A DNA stretch of 63,529 nt, filler included, from Candidatus Zapsychrus exili (GTDB taxonomy: Bacteria > Omnitrophota > Gorgyraeia > Zapsychrales > Zapsychraceae), in assembly GCA_030765585.1 (NCBI GenBank). It is 5 parts of 5 records of this genome, joined end to end, with 100 filler letters (N's around TTAATTAATTAA, not from the genome) between each part and the next. Parts side by side here need not be neighbours in the genome. Positions count along the whole stretch, not along the records: positions 1 to 12,997 come from JAVCCJ010000010.1; 4 more parts are not named here. The stretch is one strand, 5' to 3'. This document shows, in pieces, positions 1 through 11,834 of this stretch. The position numbers and the translations under genes are program-made. The notes beneath the pieces were generated by a model. That model worked only from the letters and a program-made list of their open reading frames with translations, was not told the DNA's origin and made no database searches. Every line of letters starts with the position of its first letter. Position 1 is the stretch's first letter.

Positions 1-154
1 AAAGAATAATCTTCTTTACCGTCTATAGATTTATTATTGTAGAAATCATCTTTTAATGTTTTAATACTCCCGCAAGAGTTCTCGACACTATTAAAACATT
101 AAAAGATGATTTCTACAATAATAAATCTATAGACGGTAAAGAAGATTATTCTTT
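1..154. repeat. Perfect 66-bp inverted repeat (1-66 / 89-154, 22-nt loop) at the window edge; probable fold-back chimera
   Basis: 1-66 is the exact reverse complement of 89-154; the downstream reading frame opens at the junction (57). Confidence 0.9.
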
Positions 155-3100
155 CTTAAAAGAAGGGCTTAAGTGGGGCGAAGAAGAGTTTTTAAAAGCA
201 TTAATTATCATTCAGAGAAGTGAGTATCCTTTTGAGGAGAAAAGTAAGGCAGTATATAAAAGGAAGAATACAACCACTATTGAAGAATACAAAGGTTTGT
301 TAGTGCGCCTAGAGCAATACTACAAAGACCAAGGAAAAGACGACTTATATATAAGACAAGAGCTTAAAGTTATTATGGAAGAAGCTGTTATTTCTTCAGA
401 ATATGCTGATCAATTAAGAGGATATACAGATAAAGATTTAAGAGCAGTATTTTATTTAGCAGTAAACTTGGCAAAAGAATTCGGCCTTCTTAAAGCTAAG
501 ACAGTCTTGCTTAACACGCCTGATTTCTTAAAAGCTATTGGGGATAGCGCAAAGTTTGCAATAGACCAGAAAATAGCTGAGTTATTTAATTTAGGCTCAT
601 TAGATTTGCCAACGCTTGAAGATATTTTTGATAAATTTCCTGAAGATAGGAGCAAGAATTTTAATAGAAGTTTAAGAGGATTTGAGGAAATTAAAAGACT
701 AATAGGCGAAGGTCTTAATGCAGATACTGCAATAAGGCAAACTTTACGTATGTTTTCAAATGAATTGAATTTTAAACTTTTCAAAGGATTTGTAGAAAAG
801 ATAATAGAGATAGAAAAGAAAAACGAGCTTCTTGATAATAAGCTTAAGGTAGGTAGCTATAATCTATATATAGATGAAAATGTAAGATTTCATTTAAGCC
901 ATCAAGATAATTTTACCGACCTGATAAATGAATTATTGATAAATGCAACAAGCTATTCCCCTGAGCATAAAGCAAAAGTTTTTATAGAAAGAGTTTCTGG
1001 TTCAAAATTAAAGATAAATGTTAGAAACAAAGGTGAAATAAATTATGGGATTTTGCGAGAGAAAGTAATGCAATACGCAGAAGAAGGAAAGTTAGTTAGA
1101 TCAACCGTGGGCGTTATATTATTAGATAGTACTGAAGAAGGTATTGAAAAAGATATTGTTGCTGTGGATGAAGTAAGGGTAAAGGCGATGGAAGATCAAG
1201 ACCTTCTTTTCATTAGAGGCTTATCCTCGAGGCTAGCTCTTGAATATGGTTCAGGTGCAGGGAATGGGTTATACGCAGTAAAAGGTATTGTCAATTCATA
1301 TGCCGGGGAACTTGAAATAGAAAGTTCTAGCAATGAAACCAGTATTACTGTTTTATTGGACTATGAAAAACTACAAAAGTCTCTGTTATCAAACAAAAAA
1401 GATAAAGATGAGGCTATGGTGGTAGAGGAAGACGATTATAGTCAAGCAAAGAAAAGCTCTAGAGAACAAAGATATCATGGAAAAAATTGGAATGAGATTC
1501 GTCAACCAAGAAATTATAGTAATTTAGAGAAGGAAACAAAGGTTATTGACAAGATAAAGTGGAGTGTTGGAGAGATTGTTTATGATATAAAGCAAAGAAA
1601 CCATTTTGTTATTTAGGGATTCCCTCAAGTTAGGGGAGAAGATGGAGAACTCGAAGATTCTATTATGCTAGATTTGAATATATTGGGTCAGAAAAAAGAA
1701 CCTCGAGCACATTTTGTATCTATATCTGAAGTAAATTTACGTCTTAACAAAGTTTTTTTAAACAAGCAGAGTCTTTTAGAAGAAGCTAAAAAAGCAGCAT
1801 TAGACGTCTTAAACAGCCAGACTAATCCTATAAGCATTGGTGAATTACATAACACGCTTGTAGATGATAATCCTCCTTTTCTTTTAAGATTGGGATACTT
1901 TATAGAAAATATAAGATATGATCCAGATTTTAGTAAACATCCTAACTTAATATTTAATCCAAAAAAGATTATGAATTTAAGAAAGAAAGAAAATATTATT
2001 AATATTTTGTTGGGTATTCTGAAAGAGAATAAAGAAATAAATACACCAAAAAGACTTTATGGCGCATTTGTTGCAGAATTATTTGAGAGAAAAAACGTTA
2101 GTCGTAATGACGTTGTAAGCTTGCCTACAATGTTTAAGTATTTAAAAGATGATAGGTTCAGACCCTACAATGTTTATCAGGGTAGCAAATCAAAGAAAGC
2201 AGACGACAATGCAATGCTTTCAGAAAGGTTTAATCGCATTAAAAATGATTTAAGGGCTATCGGAACACTTGATTTTGATAATTTAGATATAGTTAGATTG
2301 GATGAAGTTTTGAAAAAAGCTCAAGCAAATCTTTTCTCTTTTACGGTACTGTGTGATGGTAATAAAGAAATGTTAGAAAGAGCGGAAAACATGCTAGACC
2401 TTGTTTCTGATGCTAAGAAGGCAATTAAAGAACAGGCGATTAGAGGTGGCGATATTATTAGAAATTTATGGATCATTGGATATGAGCCTACAACTGAAGA
2501 TTTATCAAGTTTAATTTTTGATAATGAAATTTCTTTAGCATTTAATGTAATTGATGTGCATTTAAAAAGAAAAAATATTACATATGCTGGTTTAGAGAAT
2601 ATCTTTTTAAATTTAAGTCAACTTGTGATGTCTAGCTATGATGACGAGTTAAATTATAGGCTACATTCAGAAGATGTTGTCAATGACACAATTTCTCTTA
2701 TGACTTTCTTTGAATCTATTATTGAAGACGAAGAGAATTATTTTCCTAAGGATATAGTAGAATATGTAGATTCTTTTAATGCTGTTATCCATAATTATTT
2801 TAGTGGTGATTTTGAATTGTTGAATATAAAAGAAGCGTTAAGATCTTTCAAAGAAGAAGAAATTTCTGCAGGAGTTATTAATTTTATAAAAGCAATTCAA
2901 GAACGTCTTTTTAAAGTTGGTATTAATGATGAGAACAGTAATATTGGAAAAAGAGCTTTAAATATGGCAGACGATTTAGAGGGTTTAGAAATGTACATGG
3001 ATAAAATATCAGCTAAGGATATAGTGAATGAAATTAATACTATTGGTTATGAATTATTAAAAGAAGATATATGGAAGCTAATTATGGACAGAGATGTTTT

Positions 3101-4385
3101 TAGAGCTTTTAAAGTAATAGAATTTAACTTAAAATCTGAACTTATTAATTCGGATGATTTAAAAGTTTTGTTTAAAGCGCTCAAGGAAGAAGTTTTGACT
3201 TTTATAGATGCTAAAACGACATTTAAAGAAGCATATGAAATTAGATCTAATATTGATAAATTAAAAAGTTTTTTTGGGTTTTTAGTAAATTTTAAAAGAG
3301 TACCTGGAACAAAAGATATTTTTACTGCTGATGTTACAGAAGAAGTTAGAAATATAGATGCAGAACTTATGGCGTATTCTTTTATGAGCGCAGAGGAGAT
3401 CTTTAATATAAATAGAACAAACATGGACAATTTATTTTCTGACAACGCAATGATGGCAGAAGGTACAAATAAAATGGTAGCTACATATGCAAGGATACTC
3501 TCCAATAAAACTAAGTTTAACTATACAATGTTATACGATTTCAGAAACAATAAGACTTTTAAATCAGTTGATGAAACCGATTATAGCGTGTTAGAAGAGT
3601 GGAGATTGGAGAAAACATATTTCTGGCCAAAGATGGTTAATTTTATAGAGGCCTTTCCATTTGAATTTAAAGATACAAGCGGGTTGCCCACTGATTCTCC
3701 TTATCAATATATCCTTGAGGAAGTTCTTAAAAATGCATTTGATGCTGTTGTGGCTGTTTATGATAAAAAGCTTAATGAATTTGATGTGCCAGAAGGATAC
3801 GAGGGTAAAATTTCTTTAGGTTTTGATATAGAGGACAATAATCTTGTTATTAAAGTAATGGATAATGGAATAGGCAATATGGTTTTATCCGAAGATTTTA
3901 CTAAGAGAAAGAAAGCCTTGTTTCATACTTATCTCGGAGGTGAAGGAGCTGGTTTAGATATAACAACAGAATTTGTTGACATAGGTTTAGAGTTAGGAGA
4001 TTTTGTAGAGTCTAAGCTTACTGTAGCCACAATATCTGTTCCTTTAAATAAGATAGCTATAAAAGATAATTATAATGAGCTTAGTTTACAAAAGTTATTA
4101 GATATGCCAGAAGATAATGCGATGATTTCAGATGTTGGTGGTATAGATTTAAACGCTGAAAAGTTAAACATTGAAAGCAAAGGCGAGGAAATAGATTTTG
4201 ATAGATTCTATAGTAATACAGAGTTTGATAATATAGAAATAAATGGACTTGTCCCAGTGATTTTGAATGTTACCCCAATACTTCCTACTGATGTGCCTTT
4301 GATACTTGGTATAGCAGAGGAAGAACCCGCTGAGCCCCCCTTGGTTTATTTACAAGGCCTAGACCCTTTTGATTTAATTTCTTAA
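57..4385 (+). CDS. Giant modular DxAM-linker / GGIDLN-tail protein, 5'-truncated, interrupted by one in-frame TAG (1614-1616); two HATPase_c-like modules
   Basis: ORFs 297-1616 and 1665-4385 are in the same frame, separated only by TAG plus 16 sense codons; frame open from 57; N-box/G-box motifs ELLINA..GSGAGNGL and EVLKNAFDA..DNGIG..GEGAGL; linkers DEAM, DNAM x3; C-terminal GGIDLN..GLVPVILNVTP. Confidence 0.75.
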
Positions 4386-4510
4386 AATTTATTACAATTT
4401 CTTTGTATTTTGAAGAATTAGTTGAATTAACACCGTAAGTAATTGGCAGAGTGGTAGGTTGAAATTTTAATTGTCTAATAAGGGCTTATGTATTAGAATC
4501 ATTGAATATT

Positions 4511-5991
4511 ATGAATAGAAAAATTATATATATACTTATATTTTTATTCCTATTATTGGAGCTTGGGCAAAATTCCTCTGCTGCAATATCAGGAGACAGT
4601 AACATTGATTCATCTACTATTGAAATATTAGATCTTAAGGCTATAGATGTTGCAGATGTGCTTAAGCTGATATCTCAAAAGAGCGGACTCAATATAATTG
4701 CTGGTCAAAATGTAAAGGGCAAGGTAACTGTTTATTTAAAAGATATTGATGCGCTTGATGCTTTAAAGATAATTGTTGATGCTTATGATTGGGCTTATGA
4801 GATAGAAGATAATGTTGTAAAGCTGATGACAGCTTCTGACTATGAATCCAAACGCGGATATAAATTTGGGCAAGAAACAAACACTCGCATAAAACAACTT
4901 TTGTTTGCAAAATCATCTGACCTTTTAAATGTATTAAATCAAATAAAGAGTCCAACAGGTAAGGTTGTATCCGATGAGAAGTCTAATACCCTTGTCCTTA
5001 TGGACCAAGAAAAGAAGCTTGATGAAATGGAAGCTGTAATAGAAAGAATGGATGTTCCAATTGAGACAGAAATATTTGATTTAAGCTATGCTAAAGCAGA
5101 AGACGCTGCTGGGAAAATTCAAGAGATCCTAACTCCTTCAGTAGGAACAATGAGATTTGATGCGCGCTCTAATAAGATAGTAGTATCAGATACATCAAGT
5201 AAAATTGCTGAAGTAGCAAAAATTTTAAGCGCATTTGACCAAAGAGGAAAACAGGTTTTAATAGAGGCAAAAATATTACAGATAACTTTAAGTGATAGTC
5301 ATAAGATGGGAGTTGATTGGCGAGCTATTTTAGCTGATCATGACAATCTTTATATGCGATCTGATTTTGATATATTAAGCGCAACAGACAAAGCAGGAAA
5401 GCTTAGTATTGGAACAATAGATAATCTAGACGTTTTAATAGAGGCATTAGATATTGTTGGTGATACAAATATTTTATCATCTTCAAGAATTACTACTATA
5501 AATAATGAGGAGGCGAAAATATTGGTTGGCTCAACCGAGCCTTATGTAACATCAACTACCACTACTCCTGCTTCAGGACCAACAACAGTATCAAAAAGTG
5601 TTAATTTTATAGAGGTAGGAGTTAAACTTTATGTAACTCCTACAATTCATAATGATGGCTTTATAACAATGAAAATACGTCCAGAGGTGAGTTCCGTAGT
5701 TGATAACATAACAACATCTAATAATAATACAATTCCTGTGGTAGAAACATCTGAGGCCGAGATAAATGTATTTGTCAAAAACGGTGTCACTATTGTAATT
5801 GGAGGGCTTATGAAGGATACGACTATAAAAACAACAAAGAGGGGTTCCTATTTTAGGGGAATATTCCTTTATTAGGTGTTGCTTTTAGAAATCAAAGCGA
5901 TAGTGTGACAAAAACAGAGATTGTTATATTTCTAACTCCTAAGCTTATTTCAGGTGATGTAAATACTGAAGAAGACCCTGCTTTTTATTAA
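4511..5991 (+). CDS. Secretin (PilQ/GspD family); C-terminus frameshifted in two G4 runs near 5840-5860
   Basis: Signal peptide, STN/N domains, QVLIEAKI, EVGVKLYVTPTI, TIVIGGLM; removing one G from each run restores KRVPILGNIPLLGVAFR..TEIVIFLTPKLI ending TAA 5989-5991. Confidence 0.9.
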
Positions 5992-6006
5992 ATCTGTAAA
6001 GATATA

Positions 6007-6525
6007 ATGCAAAAATTAACTCACGAAGCAATATTATTAAGACAACAAAAGAAATTGAAAGAATCTCGGCTATCACTTTGCGTTGTATTAAACAACATAA
6101 GAAGTCTTTATAACGTTGGTTCAATATTTCGTACCTCCGACGGTGCAGGTATAGAGAAGATATGGATATGTGGTATAACAGGGCATCCGCCAAACAATCA
6201 AATATCAAAGACAGCATTGGGCGCAGAAGATCAAGTCCAATGGGAGTATAGAGAAGATGCAGCTGCCGTTATTGAAGAATTAAAACAACAAGGCTATGAA
6301 ATAGTATCTTTAGAACAAACAAAGACGAGTGTGCTTTATCAAGATTTTAAGCCAAGCAATAAAGTTTGTTTAGTTTTGGGAAATGAAATAGAAGGGATAG
6401 AAGACAAGGTGGCAAGTTTAAGCGATGAATCAATCGAGATTGAGATGTCTGGAATCAAAAACTCTTTGAATGTTTCAGTTGCTTTTGGAATTGTGGCATA
6501 TTATATTAAGAATTGTATGAAGTAG
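6007..6525 (+). CDS. TrmH/SpoU-family RNA methyltransferase
   Basis: NIRSLYNVGSIFRT, VLGNEIEG, SLNVSVAFG SPOUT motifs. Confidence 0.9.
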   Translation: MQKLTHEAILLRQQKKLKESRLSLCVVLNNIRSLYNVGSIFRTSDGAGIEKIWICGITGHPPNNQISKTALGAEDQVQWEYREDAAAVIEELKQQGYEIVSLEQTKTSVLYQDFKPSNKVCLVLGNEIEGIEDKVASLSDESIEIEMSGIKNSLNVSVAFGIVAYYIKNCMK

Positions 6526-6575
6526 GTAGTAGCTTGTAGGATTAATTGTGGGAAAATAAGAAAGGATACGATATT

Positions 6576-6839
6576 ATGATAATTAAAAAAGTAGGAATTT
6601 TTTCTTTAGGAAAAGTATTAGGTATTATAAATGCTGGAATAGGTGTTATTGTTGGAGTATTTGTTCTAATTGCATCTCTTCTTGGTGCAATAGAGGAGGG
6701 TCCTTCTGTAGGTGCTCTTGCAATGTTCTTATTGCCAGTTATGTATGGACTTGCTGGATTTTTAGGAGGAGTATTAAGCGCTTGGTTATTTAATTTAGGT
6801 GCAGGTTTAGTAGGCGGATTAGAGATAGAAACAGAATAA
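6576..6839 (+). CDS. Small two-TM membrane protein (DUF3566-like)
   Basis: IKKVGIFSLGK start, two Gly-rich hydrophobic helices, FN..A..GGLEIE end; AAGGA RBS. Confidence 0.6.
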   Translation: MIIKKVGIFSLGKVLGIINAGIGVIVGVFVLIASLLGAIEEGPSVGALAMFLLPVMYGLAGFLGGVLSAWLFNLGAGLVGGLEIETE

Positions 6840-6888
6840 TAATTATTTCGGAGTTAGGAAATAGATAGTATAAAAATATTTGTTAATT

Positions 6889-6920
6889 ACCCCAGGGGTT
6901 ATATGTCCCTGGGGTTTTTT
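6889..6920 (+). terminator. Rho-independent terminator
   Basis: ACCCCAGGG/CCCTGGGGT stem followed by a T run. Confidence 0.8.
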
Positions 6921-6997
6921 ATTGGATTTTCACGAATAAGGAACATATTAAAACTTAGTTGTAAAGTGCTGCGTATTTGATTAGAATATTCAAGTAT

Positions 6998-7930
6998 ATG
7001 ATTCTTGCAGACAATATCACAAAATATTTTGGAGCTTTTAAAGCAGTTGACTCGGTTTCTTTTGAAATTGGACGCGGAGAGATTGTAGGCTTTTTAGGTC
7101 GCAATGGAGCTGGAAAGACTACGCTTATGCGTATGTTAACAGGATATTTACCTACAAGCGAAGGAAAGGTAATAATTGATGGAAAGGATATGTCTAAAAA
7201 CCCTCTTTCCATTAAAAGAAATATAGGATACTTGCCAGAAAACCCACCTCTTTACTCTAATATGACAGTTAAGGATTATTTGAAATTCGCTGCTAGATTA
7301 AAAGATATTACCCCAAAACAGATATTGGCCTGTGTTGACAGGGTTATTGAAGAATGCAGATTAGAAGATTCTCGCGGTAAAATAATTTCAACATTGTCTA
7401 AAGGTTATAAGCAAAGAGTAGGGATAGCGCAGGCAATTATAAATGAGCCAGAAATAATTATTTTAGATGAGCCTACAAGCGGACTTGACCCAGTGCAGAT
7501 TTCGCACATAAGAGATCTTATCGGAACTCTTGAACATAAGAGGACAGTTATAGTAAGCACTCATATACTTTCTGAGATAGAACAAATTGCTAAAAGAGTA
7601 ATGATAATAAAAGATGGGCGTATAGTAAAAGATGATTCTTTGGAAAACATACTTTGCTCAGACAATAGAAAAGATATTTTTATAAAAGTAGCTGGTAAAG
7701 AAGAGCTGATAGAGAAGGCAATAAGACAGGCTGACGGATTTAAACAAATTAATATAGATATAGTCCAAGACGATGTTTATCTGGTTCAGGCAGAGAATAA
7801 AAATAATATATTGAACTATAATGATTTATTGCAGAAGCTTGTTGATAATGGCGCAAAGGTTCTTGAAATAAAACAAAAAAAAGGAAGCCTAGAAGAAGAG
7901 TTTTTAAGAATTAATAGGTTAAAATTATGA
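6998..7930 (+). CDS. ABC transporter ATP-binding protein (GldA-like)
   Basis: Walker A GRNGAGKTT, LSKGYKQR signature, Walker B IIILDEP, STH. Confidence 0.92.
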   Translation: MILADNITKYFGAFKAVDSVSFEIGRGEIVGFLGRNGAGKTTLMRMLTGYLPTSEGKVIIDGKDMSKNPLSIKRNIGYLPENPPLYSNMTVKDYLKFAARLKDITPKQILACVDRVIEECRLEDSRGKIISTLSKGYKQRVGIAQAIINEPEIIILDEPTSGLDPVQISHIRDLIGTLEHKRTVIVSTHILSEIEQIAKRVMIIKDGRIVKDDSLENILCSDNRKDIFIKVAGKEELIEKAIRQADGFKQINIDIVQDDVYLVQAENKNNILNYNDLLQKLVDNGAKVLEIKQKKGSLEEEFLRINRLKL

Positions 7931-8631
7931 GAAAGATTTTAGATATAGCTAAGAAAGAATTGTCTTCGTATTTTCGAACGCCAATAGCGTATATAGTGCT
8001 TATTGTCGCTGCGATAGTATTTAATATGTTCTTTTTTATTATAGTAGATAACAGTCAAGAGGCTTCATTAAGAGATGTATTTAAGGTAATGGAATTTTTG
8101 TTTGTGTTTATTGTGCCGATCTTGACTATGAAGGTTTTTGCAGAAGAAAAAGCAACAGGTACTATGGAATTCTTGATGACAACACCGACTACTAATAATC
8201 AAATTGTACTTGGCAAATATCTAGGAAGTCTGGCTTTCTTTGGTTTGATGGTAGCTCCAACAGGCGTTTATTATCTTATATTAGAAATTTTTAGTTCGCC
8301 TGACCGCGCAACAATTTTAACTGGATATTTAGGAATATTGATTGAAGGAGCATTTTTTATATCAGTTGGTATTATGTGTTCTTCTTGGAGCAAGAATCAG
8401 ATAGTATCAGCAATACTTTCTTATTCAATTTTATTTATGTTGTATTTTTCTTTAAGTTTTATTAAGTATTTTAGCGGAATAGCAGAGCAAATAATTAGGT
8501 ATACAAACATCATGAGCCATTCGGAAAATTTCCTTGTTGGTCTTATTACTGTGTCTGATTTGATTTATTTTATTAGTGGCATTTTGTTTTGTTTAGTCAT
8601 AACAAGAGTCAGCATTGATAAAAGAATATAA
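7927..8631 (+). CDS. ABC-2 permease (GldF-like)
   Basis: KKELSSYF.TPIAY, AEEK.TGTMEFLMT, IVLGKYL; 6 TM; ATGA overlap. Confidence 0.9.
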   Translation: MRKILDIAKKELSSYFRTPIAYIVLIVAAIVFNMFFFIIVDNSQEASLRDVFKVMEFLFVFIVPILTMKVFAEEKATGTMEFLMTTPTTNNQIVLGKYLGSLAFFGLMVAPTGVYYLILEIFSSPDRATILTGYLGILIEGAFFISVGIMCSSWSKNQIVSAILSYSILFMLYFSLSFIKYFSGIAEQIIRYTNIMSHSENFLVGLITVSDLIYFISGILFCLVITRVSIDKRI

Positions 8632-8635
8632 AAAA

Positions 8636-8680
8636 CAGGGTTTAGGGGCTAGGGATTAGGGTCTAGTCTAGGGTTTAGGA
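8636..8680. repeat. Degenerate heptamer run (AGGGTTT/AGGGGCT/AGGGATT/AGGGTCT)
   Basis: Direct reading of the intergenic sequence. Confidence 0.6.
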
Positions 8681-8683
8681 AAT

Positions 8684-10279
8684 ATGGGTAATGTAAATAA
8701 AAAATCTAAAGTTTTACTTATGCTTAGCATAACTTGCATTATATTTGCAGTTGGAGTCTGGTATATAGAAAAAAGTTTAGCTATTTATGCCATCTGTCTT
8801 CTTGTTGTGGGAGTGGTTTCTTTGTTTCAGTCAATAATACAGCTTATAAAGTTAGCTCCTAAAATTGGTCAAGGAGCTTTAAGAAAATGTATTTTTATTG
8901 GGATTTTAATAATGCTTTGGTTTGCTTGGCTCCTTAGCATTAATTATTTGGGTTATAAATACAATTTACGTTTTGATTTGACAAAATTAAAACAACATAC
9001 TGTAACAGATTCTACAAAAGATTTATTGTATGGACTAACAAGTGAAATACAATTAACTTCTTTTTATGTTGGAGTACCTCCTAAATACTTAGAGGATTTG
9101 CTTAAAGAATATTCACGGCTATCAAATGGTAAGATAACGGCAGAGATAATTGACCCCATTGTTGATATTGGTTATGCAGCGCGTTTTGGAAATATAATAG
9201 ACGGTAAACAGCAGAAATTAATTGTGCAATCTGGCAGTCAAAGACAAGATATTGATTTTACCGAGAGTGCACTTAATGAAGAGCTCATAAATAACGCTAT
9301 TATTCGCACCTTAAGAGATAAGCGCCGAGTTTATTTTTTAACAGGGCATGGCGAATATAATATTTTTGAAGAAAAAGAAAAGGGTTTAAGTTTATTTGCA
9401 AAAATATTAGAGGTAAATAATATTATTCCAAAACGAATTATGCTTGGTGTCTCTGATGGAATGCCAGACGATTGCGATGTTCTTGTTATTGCCGGCCCAA
9501 AAGATTTCTTAACAAAAAGAGAAGAAAAGATAATAAGTGAATATTTAGACAAGGGAGGAGATGCCCTTTTCTTAATAGAGAATACGGTTGTTACAACTCC
9601 TGATAAGCCTTTGACAGAAGAGGAAAAAGAAAAGAATCCTTCTTTAAATGAAATTTTAAAGAATTGGGGCATTGAGGTACAACAAGACATTGTTGTTGAT
9701 TCGTCTTCTCACGCAAGTGGTGATGTTGGAAGTCCTGCCACAAGAAATTATATGGCGCATCGCGCTATAGTAGGCTCACTCGATTATACATTTTATGTAA
9801 GACCGCGTTCAATAAAAATGGTTCGTAATAGACGCAAGACAATCAAAATAGCTCCGCTTGTTTTAACTGCATCAAATGAACATAGCTGGGGAGAGACAAA
9901 TAGATATTTAGAAGTAGAGTATGACGAGGGAGAGGACAGGGCAGGTCCTGTTCCAATTGCTTTTGTTGCTTGGGAGCCTGTAATAGATACTAAGACAGGT
10001 AAGAAAATAAGAGCAGATAAGACATCTGACACAAGGTTAGCGGTTTTTACTGATGCCGATTTTATAACTAATATTTTTATAAAACAATATAGTAATGCTG
10101 AGATGGGATTAAATATTGTTAATTGGTTATCTGAGTTGGACTATAAAACTTTTGTTGATAAGAAATCTAAAGAGATAGAAGTAGAGAGGCTAGATTTAAC
10201 TAGTAGGCAAAAACGTATTGTTGTTTTTATTCTTTTTCTTATTCCTGTTGTTATTTTGATATTAGGATTACGAAGGTAA
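8684..10279 (+). CDS. GldG-family ABC auxiliary component
   Basis: RFDLTK, VYFLTGHGE, CDVLVIAGP, YLDKGG, NIVNWL, C-terminal TM. Confidence 0.88.
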   Translation: MGNVNKKSKVLLMLSITCIIFAVGVWYIEKSLAIYAICLLVVGVVSLFQSIIQLIKLAPKIGQGALRKCIFIGILIMLWFAWLLSINYLGYKYNLRFDLTKLKQHTVTDSTKDLLYGLTSEIQLTSFYVGVPPKYLEDLLKEYSRLSNGKITAEIIDPIVDIGYAARFGNIIDGKQQKLIVQSGSQRQDIDFTESALNEELINNAIIRTLRDKRRVYFLTGHGEYNIFEEKEKGLSLFAKILEVNNIIPKRIMLGVSDGMPDDCDVLVIAGPKDFLTKREEKIISEYLDKGGDALFLIENTVVTTPDKPLTEEEKEKNPSLNEILKNWGIEVQQDIVVDSSSHASGDVGSPATRNYMAHRAIVGSLDYTFYVRPRSIKMVRNRRKTIKIAPLVLTASNEHSWGETNRYLEVEYDEGEDRAGPVPIAFVAWEPVIDTKTGKKIRADKTSDTRLAVFTDADFITNIFIKQYSNAEMGLNIVNWLSELDYKTFVDKKSKEIEVERLDLTSRQKRIVVFILFLIPVVILILGLRR

Positions 10280-10303
10280 GTAGTTTTTTAAAATTCATCA
10301 CAT

Positions 10304-10354
10304 AGTATAAAATAATAGGGACAGGCGTTAAGCCTGTCCCTATTATTTTATACT
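10304..10354. terminator. 23-bp perfect hairpin between convergent genes; probable bidirectional terminator
   Basis: AGTATAAAATAATAGGGACAGGC-gttaa-GCCTGTCCCTATTATTTTATACT. Confidence 0.8.
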
Positions 10355-10367
10355 CTAAATATTTAAA

Positions 10368-11816
10368 TTAATACCAATCACACATAGCAACTGCGCATAA
10401 ATCTTGGCTACCAATGCTAACACAAGGTTTTCCGCCGTTTCCTCCATCATCTATGCATTGACTTCCAAGTGGGTTGGTTGGCATCCAGGTGCAGCCTATA
10501 GAATTACATGTTCCGTGTGGCAGTGCTCCTCTGCAAACTGCACTTTGATAGGGTGGGTTACAAGAAGCTTCAGGATCAGTAGAACCTAACAATTCGCATG
10601 TTACGGAACATCCTGCATTTGTAGGGCAATCTGACTTATTATAATCTTCACAAAACATTGAATAGCTAGAAACAGGTCTGCATTCACATCCGCAAGGACC
10701 GTTACATCCATAAAGATCTTCGTATTCTTCACAATATGGAGAGCTACATCCTCCTGCACATTCTCCGCAGTCAAGGTTTCCTCCAGTGCAAACTTTTTCT
10801 TTTTTTACCCAGCTACATCCTACATCTTTGCAACCATCTTCCCAATTAAAATCATCACAGTTCCAGTTTCCGGGCTCTAGTTGTACAGCAGAAGGTCCGC
10901 AACCCTGATATCCAACAGGTTCCCAAGTACATTCTTCGCCCGAATTACAAATTTCCCATCCTAAAGAAGTAAGATCTGGACAAGATCCACCGCCACCAAC
11001 ACATCCATATCCACATTCAGGATCGCATTCTCCAGTATCTGGATTTAGAATATAACCTTCATCACAGGCGCAAATGCCGTTTTCTATGTGTCTATTTTCT
11101 GGGCAATCACATGCAGTAGTGTTACCAGAATATACAACAATAAATGTATCAGCGCACTCTATCTCGCACACACCTCCTGTACAAGCGCCTTTGTCAACAT
11201 AAGTATAGCTTGTTGGATTCGTTGGTGTAGATCCAGCACACGCAGCACCATATCCCGGAGCACCGCCTGGCCAGCCATTAGGCGCACCTGTACATTCAGA
11301 TAAACAACCAGGAACATCTGGGTCACAGCCATAATTTTCATCTGTAGGTGCAGGATAAGGCTCAAGTACGCCACAAAATCTTGGCTTAGATCTTAATTCT
11401 CCATAGTCACAAGGGGATTTCCCGCAATTAATTGCAAGAGAGTTTGCAGAGTAGTCCCATTCAAAATCATCAGGTGGATCGCAGCATTCATCGGAAAGTA
11501 CACATTCAGCGGGAGGTGGGGTAATATTTTCACAATTATCGCCGCCTACATACTCAAAAACTTTTCTTTTTTGAGTCATGGCGCATGTTCCACCGCCACA
11601 TTCTTCAACTATTATCAGATCACAGCCTGGTATATCAGGAATAGTTTCAGATTCCATTAAAGGATCGTTAAATGAGTCTTTTACAGAGTCTTCCCAGCCC
11701 TTCATGTTGGCATTCCAGGATCTAATAACATAAGGACCCATAACAAGAACGCCTATAGTTGCCAGTATAATAAGAGTAGTAAATTCTATCGATTATTGAC
11801 CTTTAATTTTTTTCAT
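10368..11816 (-). CDS. Cys-rich protein with class III (pilin/TadE-like) signal peptide; in-frame TAA at codon 8 (11793-11795)
   Basis: MKKIKGQ*SIEFTTLIILATIGVLVMGPY; the paralog has CAA at the stop position; EGF-like and CxW Cys-rich repeats. Confidence 0.75.
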
Positions 11817-11834
11817 TTTTTTTCCTAAAATTAA

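Noticed and set aside
6998..10279. Gliding motility system
   Set aside because: GldAFG-like ABC modules are widespread outside gliding bacteria; no other gld/spr genes are present
1614..11795. Stop-codon reassignment to explain in-frame TAG and TAA
   Set aside because: Two different codons are involved, and TAA, TAG and TGA all terminate conserved genes in this window
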